A stretch of DNA of 64,000 nucleotides from an uncultured virus (IMG/VR IMGVR_UViG_3300011211_000002) (lineage: Duplodnaviria > Heunggongvirae > Uroviricota > Caudoviricetes): the IMG/VR virus record IMGVR_UViG_3300011211_000002. One strand, written 5' to 3'. The translations under genes were made by a program, and so were the position numbers. Shown here piece by piece: positions 38,999 to 48,802 of the stretch. Numbering within the stretch: the stretch's first letter is position 1; each line of letters begins with the position of its first letter. The notes under the pieces were generated by a model. It ran no database searches, was not told the DNA's origin, and saw only the letters and a program-made list of their open reading frames with translations.

Positions 38999-39226
38999 TT
39001 ATTGAATTTCTACTATTTCAGCCTTAGTAACATAAGTTGATTCTTTTAAGATCTTAATAACTGCATTCTCTGCTCGTTTACGTGATTTATATATTTTTGC
39101 TAACCTTAAATCTTCGGTATGAGTGGGTACTGCAACCCCATCGAGCGAGAAAATAGAAATTCTTCCTGCATAATAACCTTCAATATCACCAGAGTTCACT
39201 GGAATAATTTTAACTACAAATGACAT
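38999..39226 (-). CDS. Hypothetical protein
   Basis: ORF track. Confidence 0.65.
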   Translation of the reverse strand: MSFVVKIIPVNSGDIEGYYAGRISIFSLDGVAVPTHTEDLRLAKIYKSRKRAENAVIKILKESTYVTKAEIVEIQ

Positions 39227-39263
39227 TCAAATCTCTCCTTTTCATTTTATTAAAATCGTTATT

Positions 39264-39599
39264 TTATTCAAACCAACTATTATCAATTTTTACCTCAGAA
39301 TAAACAGTATCTAGAGCGAACTGTAATACTTCTTTTGGAACAGCATTTATAATGTCGCGTCTTACTGCTTTTAAACGTTCTACACCTTTAATATATCTGT
39401 ACTCATTATTCATTTGATCAATAAACTTATAATTCCTATTCTTGTTTGCAGCAACTCCCACTTTATCAACAGTAAATGTTAATCCTTTTAAACTCATTCG
39501 AACATCGATATATCTTAGTTTACCATCAATTTTAGTTTTAACTTCTACACTGTAGTACCCCGATCCTTGATAAATATCTACAACTTCCATTGTTGTCAT
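39264..39599 (-). CDS. Hypothetical protein
   Basis: ORF track, GGAGG RBS. Confidence 0.7.
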   Translation of the reverse strand: MTTMEVVDIYQGSGYYSVEVKTKIDGKLRYIDVRMSLKGLTFTVDKVGVAANKNRNYKFIDQMNNEYRYIKGVERLKAVRRDIINAVPKEVLQFALDTVYSEVKIDNSWFE

Positions 39600-39640
39600 T
39601 TATCATTCCTCCTCTAATTTTGATAATATCAACTTTTTAT

Positions 39641-39841
39641 TCAAATCATATCTTCGATTTTTAATGAATGCATTCCAAAGTATTCTGCAACATAATCTGC
39701 TTCATATTTATTTAACTTTCTTGCATCTCTTATTAGTTCTGAAACAGCAACTTGTCCTTGAGTAACGCTGTAATCACTCACATACCAATCAATTCCTTCG
39801 GTTGTCTCAAACACTACGTATACGTCATTGATCTCATTCAT
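39641..39841 (-). CDS. Hypothetical protein
   Basis: ORF track. Confidence 0.6.
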   Translation of the reverse strand: MNEINDVYVVFETTEGIDWYVSDYSVTQGQVAVSELIRDARKLNKYEADYVAEYFGMHSLKIEDMI

Positions 39842-39899
39842 TGAATACGTCTCCTTTTACAATTCGTATATTTATGTATTTAATTGTTTTTTACTATAA

Positions 39900-40283
39900 T
39901 CAAAGTAATTCAATCCCATATAACCCTTTATACTTACTAAGTTCATCTTTTAATGGGTTAATTCCTTTTCTGACTTTAGCTAATGCAATGGCAACATCCA
40001 TTCCTAAATGTGTAAATTCAGCAAAATCAACTATTGGCAAATCTTTATTGAACTCTTTCCCTAGCATTCTGTGCTCTTTAGTAAAACCACCACAAACTAC
40101 TCCTACTTCACCGTGGCATCCCCAATTAACATTTTGATTTTCTGGCAGTTCCAAAATTTCATTAGTTGTAGGAAGACATCCTGTATTTTCTACATAAAAT
40201 GCATCTTCATTTTGTGAAAAAGGATATGTGATACATCCTCCTGATCCACAAAATGAACGTTCTTTCTTATAACTCAAACTCAA
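39900..40283 (-). CDS. Hypothetical Cys-containing protein
   Basis: ORF track; GCLP, WGCH, CGG. Confidence 0.65.
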   Translation of the reverse strand: MSLSYKKERSFCGSGGCITYPFSQNEDAFYVENTGCLPTTNEILELPENQNVNWGCHGEVGVVCGGFTKEHRMLGKEFNKDLPIVDFAEFTHLGMDVAIALAKVRKGINPLKDELSKYKGLYGIELL

Positions 40284-40325
40284 TTCATCATTCTCCTTTC
40301 ATCATATCGAATTATTATTTAATTG

Positions 40326-40595
40326 TCATGCTTTGTAAACTGCTGTTTTATTATTTATAAAGTCGATAACTTTATAAGAATCAATTCCTAATTCATGTAA
40401 TTTCATAACTAATTCATAATATTCTTTTTGTTCTCTTAAGCTTATCTCTCTAATATCATCCTCAATAATTACCTCTTCTGATTTAAAAATATTTACATTT
40501 ACTAAATTAGGATATTTACTAATCCATGATTTACGTATTTCTTTAGCTTCTTCCATTGTATCTACCTCATGATAGCCATCTAATAAAGTCGGCAT
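40326..40595 (-). CDS. Hypothetical protein (may start further upstream)
   Basis: ORF track. Confidence 0.6.
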   Translation of the reverse strand: MPTLLDGYHEVDTMEEAKEIRKSWISKYPNLVNVNIFKSEEVIIEDDIREISLREQKEYYELVMKLHELGIDSYKVIDFINNKTAVYKA

Positions 40596-40688
40596 CCATA
40601 CATCACTATTAGATTTAATTTGGAAAGTTTAACTATATACATATTTTATTGCCTCCATTTCAATAATGTACGAATATTATCCAATTGT

Positions 40689-41042
40689 TTAATTTGTATT
40701 TACTACCATTAAATATTCATTATCATTGAAGTAAATTACAAATACCTCAAATTTCCTATCATAATGGATCTCTTCATCAACAGTTCCTTTTTTACTAATG
40801 AACTTTTTCACTAAAATAATCTCTTTTTTGATTTCTTTAATATTACTAAATCTATGAGGCAATAATGATCCAACATTCCCAAGATATTTTGGTGTATCAT
40901 ATTCTTTAAGTTTTTCCAATCGTCTATCTAGGTGTCTCTCTCCAAATTTGTTATCTCCTATCGGGACAATTTGATATGGTTTACTGAAAGTTAATGCCCA
41001 TACTTTATCTTCTGTTCCGAACCCTTCTTTAATTTCAATCAT
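40689..41042 (-). CDS. Hypothetical protein
   Basis: ORF track, GGAGGTG RBS. Confidence 0.7.
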   Translation of the reverse strand: MIEIKEGFGTEDKVWALTFSKPYQIVPIGDNKFGERHLDRRLEKLKEYDTPKYLGNVGSLLPHRFSNIKEIKKEIILVKKFISKKGTVDEEIHYDRKFEVFVIYFNDNEYLMVVNTN

Positions 41043-41086
41043 GTATTCACCTCCTAATATTTAGTATTGTTTCATTTCTTACCATA

Positions 41087-41132
41087 AGTATAATTCAACG
41101 CCTTTATAAAAACAAGATAAATTTATGTATTT
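41087..41132 (-). promoter_or_regulatory. Sigma-A promoter with AAATACATAA
   Basis: TTGTTT-17-TATACT; motif at 41123-41132. Confidence 0.6.
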
Positions 41133-41176
41133 ATTAAATTAATTTATGTGAAACGAAACTGTCCTAACATTCCATT

Positions 41177-41551
41177 TCACTCCTCATTTGCTATTTCCCA
41201 TATTCTTCGAAGTTTATCTAAGTCTTTCTCATTCAAATTTAATACTTCTTCATACCAAGTTTGTAATTTTTTATTATTAAATTTACGTTTCTTTATATAA
41301 TCAGACTTAATTTCCCATACTTCTATATAACCTGTTCTAACCATGAGTTCTTCATAATCATAATTATATGCTTCTGCTAGCATTTTTAATGTTTCGGGAG
41401 TGGGCTTCACAATACTTCCAGAACGCTTATCAACACCCTTTTCAAGTGTATCAAGATATGTATGACTAATCCCAATACGTTTACTTGCATCTCTTAATGA
41501 TTCTTTACTTCTAAGCTCTTTTAATAAATTACCTAATGTATTCAAATGCAT
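41177..41551 (-). CDS. XRE-family HTH regulator
   Basis: LKELR..SLRDASKRIGISHTYLDTLEKG...PTPETLKMLA. Confidence 0.88.
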   Translation of the reverse strand: MHLNTLGNLLKELRSKESLRDASKRIGISHTYLDTLEKGVDKRSGSIVKPTPETLKMLAEAYNYDYEELMVRTGYIEVWEIKSDYIKKRKFNNKKLQTWYEEVLNLNEKDLDKLRRIWEIANEE

Positions 41552-41712
41552 ACCTCCTGTAAACATATGATTACAAATAGTGTATCAGAGAATTTTATAA
41601 AAGGGAAATATTATCTAATACTATAATAATCCTGTACAGGAAAATTTTAATAGATTCTTACTTTTTATTTGATATACTTACAATGTAACTATTTACTAGG
41701 AGGATTCAGGTA

Positions 41713-42312
41713 ATGCACAGTAAGTTTTGGACTATATTCTTTTTAATTCTCTTCTTTCCATTAGGAATATTTTTAATGTGGAGACATGGACATTTTACTA
41801 AACAAATACGTGTCTTTATCACGCTATTTTTCTTAATCATAATTTTACTTTCCTCATGTGTCGGTGGATTAAATAGCGTTAAAGAAGAAGAATTGCTTAA
41901 GAAGGAACAACTTCTAAACGAAAAAGAAAGTCGCTTAATCAAGTTAGAAAATGATTTAAAGGAAAGAGAAAAAGAACTAAAACAAAAAACCAAAGAATGT
42001 GAAAAGATCATTAAAGAACAAAAGAAATTGGAACAACAAAAACTAGAAGAACAAGAAAAGGAACGTAAAAAGCAAGAAGAAATAAAGAAACAAGAAGAAC
42101 AAAAAAGGCTTGAAGAAGAAGCACGAAAACAAGAACAGGAAAAACAAGAAGCTGCTCAACAGAAAACTACAACTACTGCACCTCAGCAAAATTTAAATTT
42201 CAGAAACTGTACAGAAGCTAAAGCAGCAGGTTATTCAAACATTAGAAGAGGTGAAGCAGGTTACTCATCTAAACTTGATAGAGATGGTGATGGATTAGCT
42301 TGTGACAAATAA
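41713..42312 (+). CDS. Membrane protein with coiled coil and C-terminal Excalibur Ca-binding domain
   Basis: Two TM segments; FRNCTEAKAAG...GEAGYSSKLDRDGDGLACD. Confidence 0.88.
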   Translation: MHSKFWTIFFLILFFPLGIFLMWRHGHFTKQIRVFITLFFLIIILLSSCVGGLNSVKEEELLKKEQLLNEKESRLIKLENDLKEREKELKQKTKECEKIIKEQKKLEQQKLEEQEKERKKQEEIKKQEEQKRLEEEARKQEQEKQEAAQQKTTTTAPQQNLNFRNCTEAKAAGYSNIRRGEAGYSSKLDRDGDGLACDK

Positions 42313-42355
42313 AAAAAGAAAGTCACTCACTATTTAAGATGGGTGACTTTTTTAA
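42313..42355. terminator. Bidirectional terminator
   Basis: AAAGTCACTCA...TGGGTGACTTT between convergent genes. Confidence 0.7.
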
Positions 42356-42365
42356 ATACAGTAGA

Positions 42366-43271
42366 TTATAAGGTACTTTCAAATGGAACTTTATCAAAAT
42401 TAAATCCTTTAAATGACACAATTCTCAATGATCCAGTACTAGTTTTTTCTAGGTATTGAACTTTACAATGTAAACTTGGTTCTACCCAAACAGTATCACG
42501 TTCTACTTTAGTTGTAATTTGTTTTGCGATTTCTCTGAATGCTGTTTTTTCTTCAGGTTTAAATCCAAACTCTACATTTGCTACAGGTCTATATTTACTA
42601 TTGGATGATTGAACACCAACAATCATTGTAAATGGATTTTCTTTATAACCTAAGATTATAGTATCCATTACTTTAAAATGCTTAAATTTCAACCAATCAT
42701 GCGATCGATGGTTAGTTTTGTATGTTGAATTACTTCTCTTTCCAACAATACCTTCTATGTTTCGTTCTTTAGTCAATTGAAAGACATCATTACCATTTCC
42801 CATTACTGAGGGAGTGATTAATAAATTACTAGAAGGCTCGACTATTGAAGTTAATCGTTCTTTTCTATCCACTAATGACTCATTCATATGAGATTTATCA
42901 GTAGCTAAAACATCAAAAGCAATAAAAGTTGAAGGATGAGTTACTGTAGCTTCTTTAATTTTCTCTTTATTTGAAAGTCTACCTCGATAAGCAAAATCAT
43001 CAAAAACAGATATACCGTTTCTAAGGACAACTCCTTCACAATCAATAATTGCGGAATGTTCCTTAATTGACTCTCCTACAGTGAGCAGCTCAGGAAATTT
43101 TGCAGTAACATTATTACCATGACGAGTGTACGCTTCCACCCTGTCCCCTTCTTTGTGTAGAAGGATACGCCAACCATCCCATTTTATATCATAAATCCAA
43201 CTTGGATCATCATCTATTTCATTACTATTACCCATATGAAGTAACATTGGTTTTATTGGAGTAAATAACAT
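42366..43271 (-). CDS. ATP-dependent DNA ligase
   Basis: KPML, KWDGWR, IDCE, AFDVL, EGIVGK, WLKFK; start MLFTP. Confidence 0.9.
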   Translation of the reverse strand: MLFTPIKPMLLHMGNSNEIDDDPSWIYDIKWDGWRILLHKEGDRVEAYTRHGNNVTAKFPELLTVGESIKEHSAIIDCEGVVLRNGISVFDDFAYRGRLSNKEKIKEATVTHPSTFIAFDVLATDKSHMNESLVDRKERLTSIVEPSSNLLITPSVMGNGNDVFQLTKERNIEGIVGKRSNSTYKTNHRSHDWLKFKHFKVMDTIILGYKENPFTMIVGVQSSNSKYRPVANVEFGFKPEEKTAFREIAKQITTKVERDTVWVEPSLHCKVQYLEKTSTGSLRIVSFKGFNFDKVPFESTL

Positions 43272-43348
43272 AACTATTCCCCCCTCATAAACCATTATCT
43301 CATGGTAGATAGGACAAAAACACATGTAAATCAAGGAATGAGTGGTAA

Positions 43349-43702
43349 TTACATTTTAACTTTCTCATTAATGCGATCATCCAGTAGCTTTTCTACTTTT
43401 GATTTTAATGCTTGGTTTGCATAACGTAAATCAACATCATTTCCAGATGTAGCAATTTTCACATCACTAAAATATTCATCCACTTTAGTCCATCCAACAA
43501 TGCGTATTCTTTGTTGACCTAGCTGCCTTTTTAAATCAAAGCACTCGTTACGTAAATCCTTTAATATTGAATCCATAAACGGGATAAATACTTTTTTCAA
43601 TTTAAATTGTTCCACTTTGAGGTAATCCACTTGTAAAGATTTTACGGCTAGCTCTAATAATAAAAACTTATGCACAATTTGACGTTGTTCTGGATTAATC
43701 AT
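43349..43702 (-). CDS. Hypothetical protein in SOS operon
   Basis: Overlaps yolD stop. Confidence 0.7.
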   Translation of the reverse strand: MINPEQRQIVHKFLLLELAVKSLQVDYLKVEQFKLKKVFIPFMDSILKDLRNECFDLKRQLGQQRIRIVGWTKVDEYFSDVKIATSGNDVDLRYANQALKSKVEKLLDDRINEKVKM

Positions 43703-44033
43703 CTGAATTTACCAAAGTAACTTTTTGAATCTGATCAATTGTAATTCGCTTAATTACTGTTTCTGTTTCAAATAGAAGCTCCTTTTTAAATACATCGACA
43801 CCAGTAACTTTCCCAATAACATCTTGTAATTTATTATTGCTCCATAAAATTAATTTGATTTGGTCTTTCGCTTTGAAAGCTCGCTGCACTATCTGATCAA
43901 TTTCTTCAATTTCCCACTCGGCTAACTCACGTTTAGTGTCATAGTACTGTTCATTTTTCCATTTCTTAATCTCCACAAGATGTTCTGGTAGCATCAATGA
44001 TGTCCATTTAATATTTCCACGATCATTTATCAT
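43695..44033 (-). CDS. yolD: YolD-like protein
   Basis: DRGNIKWTSLMLPEH signature. Confidence 0.88.
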   Translation of the reverse strand: MINDRGNIKWTSLMLPEHLVEIKKWKNEQYYDTKRELAEWEIEEIDQIVQRAFKAKDQIKLILWSNNKLQDVIGKVTGVDVFKKELLFETETVIKRITIDQIQKVTLVNSDD

Positions 44034-44077
44034 GATATCGCTCCCCTAACTTAAAATCAGAACGTTTATATGTATAC

Positions 44078-44107
44078 ATTATAGAACAAATGTTCTTTTT
44101 TATACAA
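44078..44107 (-). promoter_or_regulatory. LexA (SOS) box within sigma-A promoter
   Basis: TTGTAT-18-TATAAT with AGAAC-AAAT-GTTCT at 44083-44096. Confidence 0.8.
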
Positions 44108-44167
44108 TAGAAATTTCATGTAAATTTTCATGGATGTTCTAGGTAATAAATAATATTCTCATTTTAC

Positions 44168-44887
44168 TTAAAGCTCATTTGACACCACATTAAACCCTAA
44201 TGCATAAGCTTCTTCACGAATAAACCCTTCATCTAAATGCATACACCATACTTTACTACGATACTCGGGTTCTATTAATTCTGTTAATTTTCGTAAGGAT
44301 AGATGTACATTGCCTTCATAATCAGCTTTACAAGTATTAATGTATATCTCATCATATCCATTTGAATTAATTATCTCCTTTAATTCATCTTCTATCTCAC
44401 AACTATCACCTGAATACCACAACAACTTACCATCCAAATTTAATTCCAAACCGTAAGAAAACAATTCTTCCATGTGCTTATTTCTATTGAAAGAGAACCC
44501 AAAATCATTATCAATTTCAAAGATGGTACTTCCACCTATAGGTACTTCATTATGATGAACTCCATTAACACAACCATTTAACTTTAATACTTCTGAAAAG
44601 CCTGTATCAAATGGTGAGTATACTGTCACCTTCTTCTCAGCAAACTCCTCATATGAATAGTATGTATAAAGAATTAAATCAGCAAGACTTCCTATATGGT
44701 CTGCATGGGTATGAGTGATTAGTACATGAATATGTTCAATACCTTGTAATAAGTTGCTTTCTTTAATCCTTTGAAAGATGTTACTTCCGCAATCAATTAG
44801 CAACATCTGACTCCCTTCTTTGTAATAAGCTGAATTGTTACCTAACTTTGTATTAAAAGCACTTCCTGATCCGATGAATTTTAACAT
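44168..44887 (-). CDS. MBL-fold metallo-hydrolase, Apyc1-like
   Basis: GSGSAF..NNSA, LLIDCG, ITHTHADHIG, H..SYG, YSGDS, HL, MH. Confidence 0.8.
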   Translation of the reverse strand: MLKFIGSGSAFNTKLGNNSAYYKEGSQMLLIDCGSNIFQRIKESNLLQGIEHIHVLITHTHADHIGSLADLILYTYYSYEEFAEKKVTVYSPFDTGFSEVLKLNGCVNGVHHNEVPIGGSTIFEIDNDFGFSFNRNKHMEELFSYGLELNLDGKLLWYSGDSCEIEDELKEIINSNGYDEIYINTCKADYEGNVHLSLRKLTELIEPEYRSKVWCMHLDEGFIREEAYALGFNVVSNEL

Positions 44888-44905
44888 TAACTTCTCTCCT
44901 TTATT

Positions 44906-45091
44906 TTATAATAGGCTCGTTTTATTAAAATCAATCAATTTTGGTTTATACTTCAATTCGTCTTCATTTATAATCAATGCTGTATTTTCTGGGATGTAGT
45001 GTGATGATATTAAATTATCAGGCTTAAACTTTAGTTTGGTTACAATAGTCTCATATGTTGAGTTATTAACATACACATTTTTACCCTCCAC
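44906..45091 (-). CDS. Small hypothetical protein
   Basis: ORF track; reads through element at 44908. Confidence 0.55.
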   Translation of the reverse strand: MEGKNVYVNNSTYETIVTKLKFKPDNLISSHYIPENTALIINEDELKYKPKLIDFNKTSLL

Positions 45092-45200
45092 ACCTAACCT
45101 CCTAATTGAATATACTTTGTTTTTTATTCAATACAAATTTATATACCGTTTATCTATCTTTGTATTATCTAACACTTATATATTTATAAAATTAATATTT

Positions 45201-45233
45201 AAGTGGTATTCATGAAATTCAAATACCACTTTA
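45201..45233. terminator. Hairpin, probable terminator after ATPase gene
   Basis: AAGTGGTATT...AATACCACTT. Confidence 0.5.
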
Positions 45234-45286
45234 TAACTTCACTTTCTTTAAAGAAGCCATCTCGCAGAATGTTATCATTTGAAATT

Positions 45287-46444
45287 CTATTTCTCATCTA
45301 ATAATGTCTGTTCCAGAAGTCTTATAGATAAATGTTTAGCAAGGTATAGTTCAACACCGTTTTTTATGTTACGACTATTAGAAAAATTTGATACTTGTTG
45401 TAATAATACATTTAGCAAATTCAAATGTTCAATATAATCTTTATCTACTTGTGTATACTTTGCTACAACATTATTATAAGTTTCCTTAATTAGTTGTTCT
45501 TTTGCTTCGTTACTTAAAGGATTAAATTTAATAAATGCTGTAAATCTTGAACATAAAGCAGTACCTAAAGCTGATTGAATTTCAGAACGAGAATTAAAAT
45601 TTGCTGTACAAATAATAACCGTATTTGATAAATCAACCTTATAATTATTGTCTTCAAATTCTCCTTCATCAAACATTTGAAAGAAAGCTGAATATAATCC
45701 TTGAGGACACTGATTAAACTCATCAAATAATATAACATTTCCCGCACTTCTCATAAGGTCTTTTGTTAAGGAAGGTGTATGAATTTCACTTCCAAATAAA
45801 TAATTGTAAAATTCATTTGTTTTAAACATGGAAAGCTGTTGTCTAAAAATACTCTGATCTGACAAGCTATTATTAATAATTTTAGCGGTTTCAGTTTTTC
45901 CTACTCCTGGTTGACCATAAAACATTAATACTATCGGTAATCTTTTCTCATGATGAATGGAAGTATATAAAGCCGCTGTAATATCGTATAGTACTTCTTC
46001 TTGACCATAAATCTTGCTATTAATTGATTTAATTATTTCTTTTAATTTATCCTCAGTGATTTTAGGTCTACAATAAACTTCTCTTTCAACATAAATATCA
46101 GAATAACCCTTACTTAATGAGATCAATTTGTTAACTAAAAATTTAGGCGGATTATGCAGCACTGAACAGTATACTTTTTCCTTATCCATAAGGATATTTA
46201 GAATACTTAATAGATTTTCTATAAAATGTTCTTTTACTGAAAAAAACTCCTCGGCTCTCGCGACGAAAATGTAATCAATGTCATTTGTAATAATTTCTTT
46301 GGCTGCTTCATAAAACCCTTTTATGTCAACCATTTTTACAATAGTACTCAATCTAAGTTCTTCGTAACCATCTTGTTCTAAATTCTTATAAAACTCTTCA
46401 AATTTATTACTTGGTCCCTCAAATATTATATAATTTTTATCCAT
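45287..46444 (-). CDS. dolB: ClpB-like AAA+ ATPase, Dodola DolB-like
   Basis: IYGQE, FYGQPGVGKTETAK, VILFDEF, FFQMFDEG, ICTAN, SRF; coupled to DUF6414-like gene. Confidence 0.7.
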   Translation of the reverse strand: MDKNYIIFEGPSNKFEEFYKNLEQDGYEELRLSTIVKMVDIKGFYEAAKEIITNDIDYIFVARAEEFFSVKEHFIENLLSILNILMDKEKVYCSVLHNPPKFLVNKLISLSKGYSDIYVEREVYCRPKITEDKLKEIIKSINSKIYGQEEVLYDITAALYTSIHHEKRLPIVLMFYGQPGVGKTETAKIINNSLSDQSIFRQQLSMFKTNEFYNYLFGSEIHTPSLTKDLMRSAGNVILFDEFNQCPQGLYSAFFQMFDEGEFEDNNYKVDLSNTVIICTANFNSRSEIQSALGTALCSRFTAFIKFNPLSNEAKEQLIKETYNNVVAKYTQVDKDYIEHLNLLNVLLQQVSNFSNSRNIKNGVELYLAKHLSIRLLEQTLLDEK

Positions 46445-47205
46445 TATTCTACCCCTGCCAATATTATATCTATTATATCAAAATAGTTTTCTGATTCAAT
46501 GGGATCTGCCAATGGATCAAAACCTAAATCCTCATTATTTGCTGACTTAAAATCTAGTTCATTTTGAAAATTTAATATATCCACATCAGAGTTTCCAACA
46601 ACTACGCCATATAAAGTAAGTCTCATTCTTTGTAAATCTTGAATCCTGTAGTTATTTCTAAATCCTTCTAAATTAAATCTAACAATATACTTTTTATTAT
46701 CATTATCTGTAGCTACAAGCTCATAATAACCTTTTGCATTTGCTAAAACATCATCCATTGCATGAAAGTCTATATTTTCGTAATCAGTTGACATTTCAGG
46801 AGTTATTTCAGTAATCTCTTTAAAAATCTTAGTAAAAGGAGCTATTACTTTTATGTAAGTTGCAGATTCAGGAATAATTTCTATTGATTTCGTTTGTATT
46901 TTTAAAAGTTCATCAGGTTCATTTTTCTTCTTTTTTCCATTCAATATTTCTAAAAAGCTTGTTAGAATTGTGTTCGTAATATTTATAGCCATAATACTTT
47001 CCTTATTTCTAGAAAACGCCCCTTTAATTCCTCCTGTAACACCTGTTGTAAGTAAATCTAAAAGACCAGTGCCAAATCCTCCCTCGATTTTTAAATTGTT
47101 TGCGTTTTTCACTATCTTTTCCATAATTTCTTGTGATCTTCCGTTATTCTTTATATCTATCAAATCTAAAGCTGAAGATTCATCAAAATATATTACTTTT
47201 CTCAT
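46444..47205 (-). CDS. dolA: DUF6414-like protein, Dodola DolA-like
   Basis: KVIYFDE..ALD, TNTILT.F, KGYYE, RFN..GFRNNY.I.DL, DIILAGV; 1-nt overlap with ATPase gene. Confidence 0.65.
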   Translation of the reverse strand: MRKVIYFDESSALDLIDIKNNGRSQEIMEKIVKNANNLKIEGGFGTGLLDLLTTGVTGGIKGAFSRNKESIMAINITNTILTSFLEILNGKKKKNEPDELLKIQTKSIEIIPESATYIKVIAPFTKIFKEITEITPEMSTDYENIDFHAMDDVLANAKGYYELVATDNDNKKYIVRFNLEGFRNNYRIQDLQRMRLTLYGVVVGNSDVDILNFQNELDFKSANNEDLGFDPLADPIESENYFDIIDIILAGVE

Positions 47206-47379
47206 TGAATACCTCCTAAAAGAACATGTGTATAATCCAATGATATACCTGATACCTAATTAATTACAAGAAATAGATATTTTTGTATGATTACCTACCT
47301 AAGTATATTTAGTCATACAGAAGCTTTAGATTATTACTGAATAAGTATCATTACATTTTTTATAAAAATCCAATATTAT

Positions 47380-47556
47380 TTAATTCGCTATTGAATACGG
47401 ACATTTCTTACAAGTTTCATTCGCTTCTTCTTTTGCTCCTGTTCTATCTGTGGTCATATAGCATCCATCTTCATGAGTGCATTCCAGAGAAATATGTCCA
47501 TTTACGTATGCTGTTGTAATCCACATTTCACCACATAATCCTTTGAATTTTTTCAT
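47380..47556 (-). CDS. 58-aa Cys-containing protein (not in ORF track)
   Basis: MKKFKGLCGEMW...CKKCPYSIAN; stop abuts element at 47362. Confidence 0.55.
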   Translation of the reverse strand: MKKFKGLCGEMWITTAYVNGHISLECTHEDGCYMTTDRTGAKEEANETCKKCPYSIAN

Positions 47557-47637
47557 GTTTCCTTACCTTCTTTACTAAATAATTTGTTTTTCTTTTACTG
47601 AACAATATCTTTCAATTAAATAATAAGTCTCTTTCAT

Positions 47638-47829
47638 TTAAAACAGACAAAAATTTCTGTTCTTAGTGATTTCTTTATACTCAGCTTCAGTAACATCCCT
47701 CACAGTATATCCATCATCTTTAAATCGTTGGATCATAAGACTTTCATCATCCGCAACCCTATTATCTATAGTTACAATTGCAATTCCTTCTTGATTAAAA
47801 ATAATCGTGTATGGTTTATTCACTATCAT
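47638..47829 (-). CDS. Hypothetical protein
   Basis: ORF track. Confidence 0.6.
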   Translation of the reverse strand: MIVNKPYTIIFNQEGIAIVTIDNRVADDESLMIQRFKDDGYTVRDVTEAEYKEITKNRNFCLF

Positions 47830-47862
47830 TTCTCCTTTCCATATTAAATTTTAATTATGTAA

Positions 47863-47961
47863 TTAGAAGCCTTTCAAGGTTAATATCACAATAGCAATAG
47901 GAATAAGTGCAATTACCATTCCTATTAAACACCCGAAACGTTCTCTTTCTTTCAAATCCAT
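47863..47961 (-). CDS. 32-aa single-TM peptide (not in ORF track)
   Basis: GGAGAG RBS; MDLKERERFGCLIGMVIALIPIAIVILTLKGF. Confidence 0.5.
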   Translation of the reverse strand: MDLKERERFGCLIGMVIALIPIAIVILTLKGF

Positions 47962-47995
47962 ATCACAACTCTCCTTTTATAAAAGTTTAGTATTA

Positions 47996-48133
47996 TTAAA
48001 TGTCAACGTACATGTTTTTATGGAAAACTTCTAACTCACCTTCTAATAGAAGATGTTCGATGTGTTCTTCTGCTTGTGTCAAACTAAAACCATGTGTCAT
48101 TAGATAATCAATTACTTCATCTCTCATATCCAT
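47996..48133 (-). CDS. 45-aa hypothetical protein (not in ORF track)
   Basis: MDMRDEVIDYLMTHGFS...YVDI; lies between elements at 47979 and 48165. Confidence 0.55.
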   Translation of the reverse strand: MDMRDEVIDYLMTHGFSLTQAEEHIEHLLLEGELEVFHKNMYVDI

Positions 48134-48178
48134 TTCAACACCACCTATATATGTATTTTATTTAATAAAAGCATGATA

Positions 48179-48403
48179 TTACTTAAACACTGACTTAATG
48201 TACTTATAAAAATTGATTACCAATTCAATTATTATTTTAATTAAAAATCCTATTAACAAAGCAAATATGAGTATCCCATAAGATAAGCCAATTTTTTGAA
48301 CCATACTTGAATCTGTATATAGATAAACACAAGCCAATATCATCATTCCGATAACAGCTATTCCAATTGTATCTTCATGAAATATTCTATTTAATACCTT
48401 CAA
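48179..48403 (-). CDS. Small two-TM membrane protein
   Basis: Two hydrophobic segments. Confidence 0.6.
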   Translation of the reverse strand: MKVLNRIFHEDTIGIAVIGMMILACVYLYTDSSMVQKIGLSYGILIFALLIGFLIKIIIELVINFYKYIKSVFK

Positions 48404-48439
48404 CTTATCACTTCCTTAATTTTAAATAATATATTGGTT

Positions 48440-48637
48440 TCATTTAATTACTGTTTTATATGCTTCAGCTAAATGTCGTTGCTGCCCTTCTGAATATGTA
48501 GGATTGAACTCGTTTGCAACTTGTTCTAATCTTCCTGCAATATCAATTAGAAAATTAATATCTTGATAATTGATCTCGTGCATTAGTCCGTTCTCTGATA
48601 ACCCTTTTATGTATTTAATTCTTTCTTGTTCATTCAT
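48440..48637 (-). CDS. Hypothetical protein
   Basis: ORF track, GGAGTG RBS. Confidence 0.6.
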   Translation of the reverse strand: MNEQERIKYIKGLSENGLMHEINYQDINFLIDIAGRLEQVANEFNPTYSEGQQRHLAEAYKTVIK

Positions 48638-48667
48638 TTCAAATCACTCCTTATTTTATCTACCTAA

Positions 48668-48712
48668 ATATTACCACAAGAGAAATTCTTTTTCAATTAA
48701 TTTTATGTATTT
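48668..48712 (-). promoter_or_regulatory. Sigma-A promoter with AAATACATAA
   Basis: TTGAAA-17-TAATAT with TG; motif at 48703-48712. Confidence 0.65.
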
Positions 48713-48802
48713 ATTTTAATAATTTAAATTGCACCCACAACTTTATTGATACTATGTATAATAGTATCAATAAAAGATATTAGTGAATACTGGAGGATTT
48801 CG

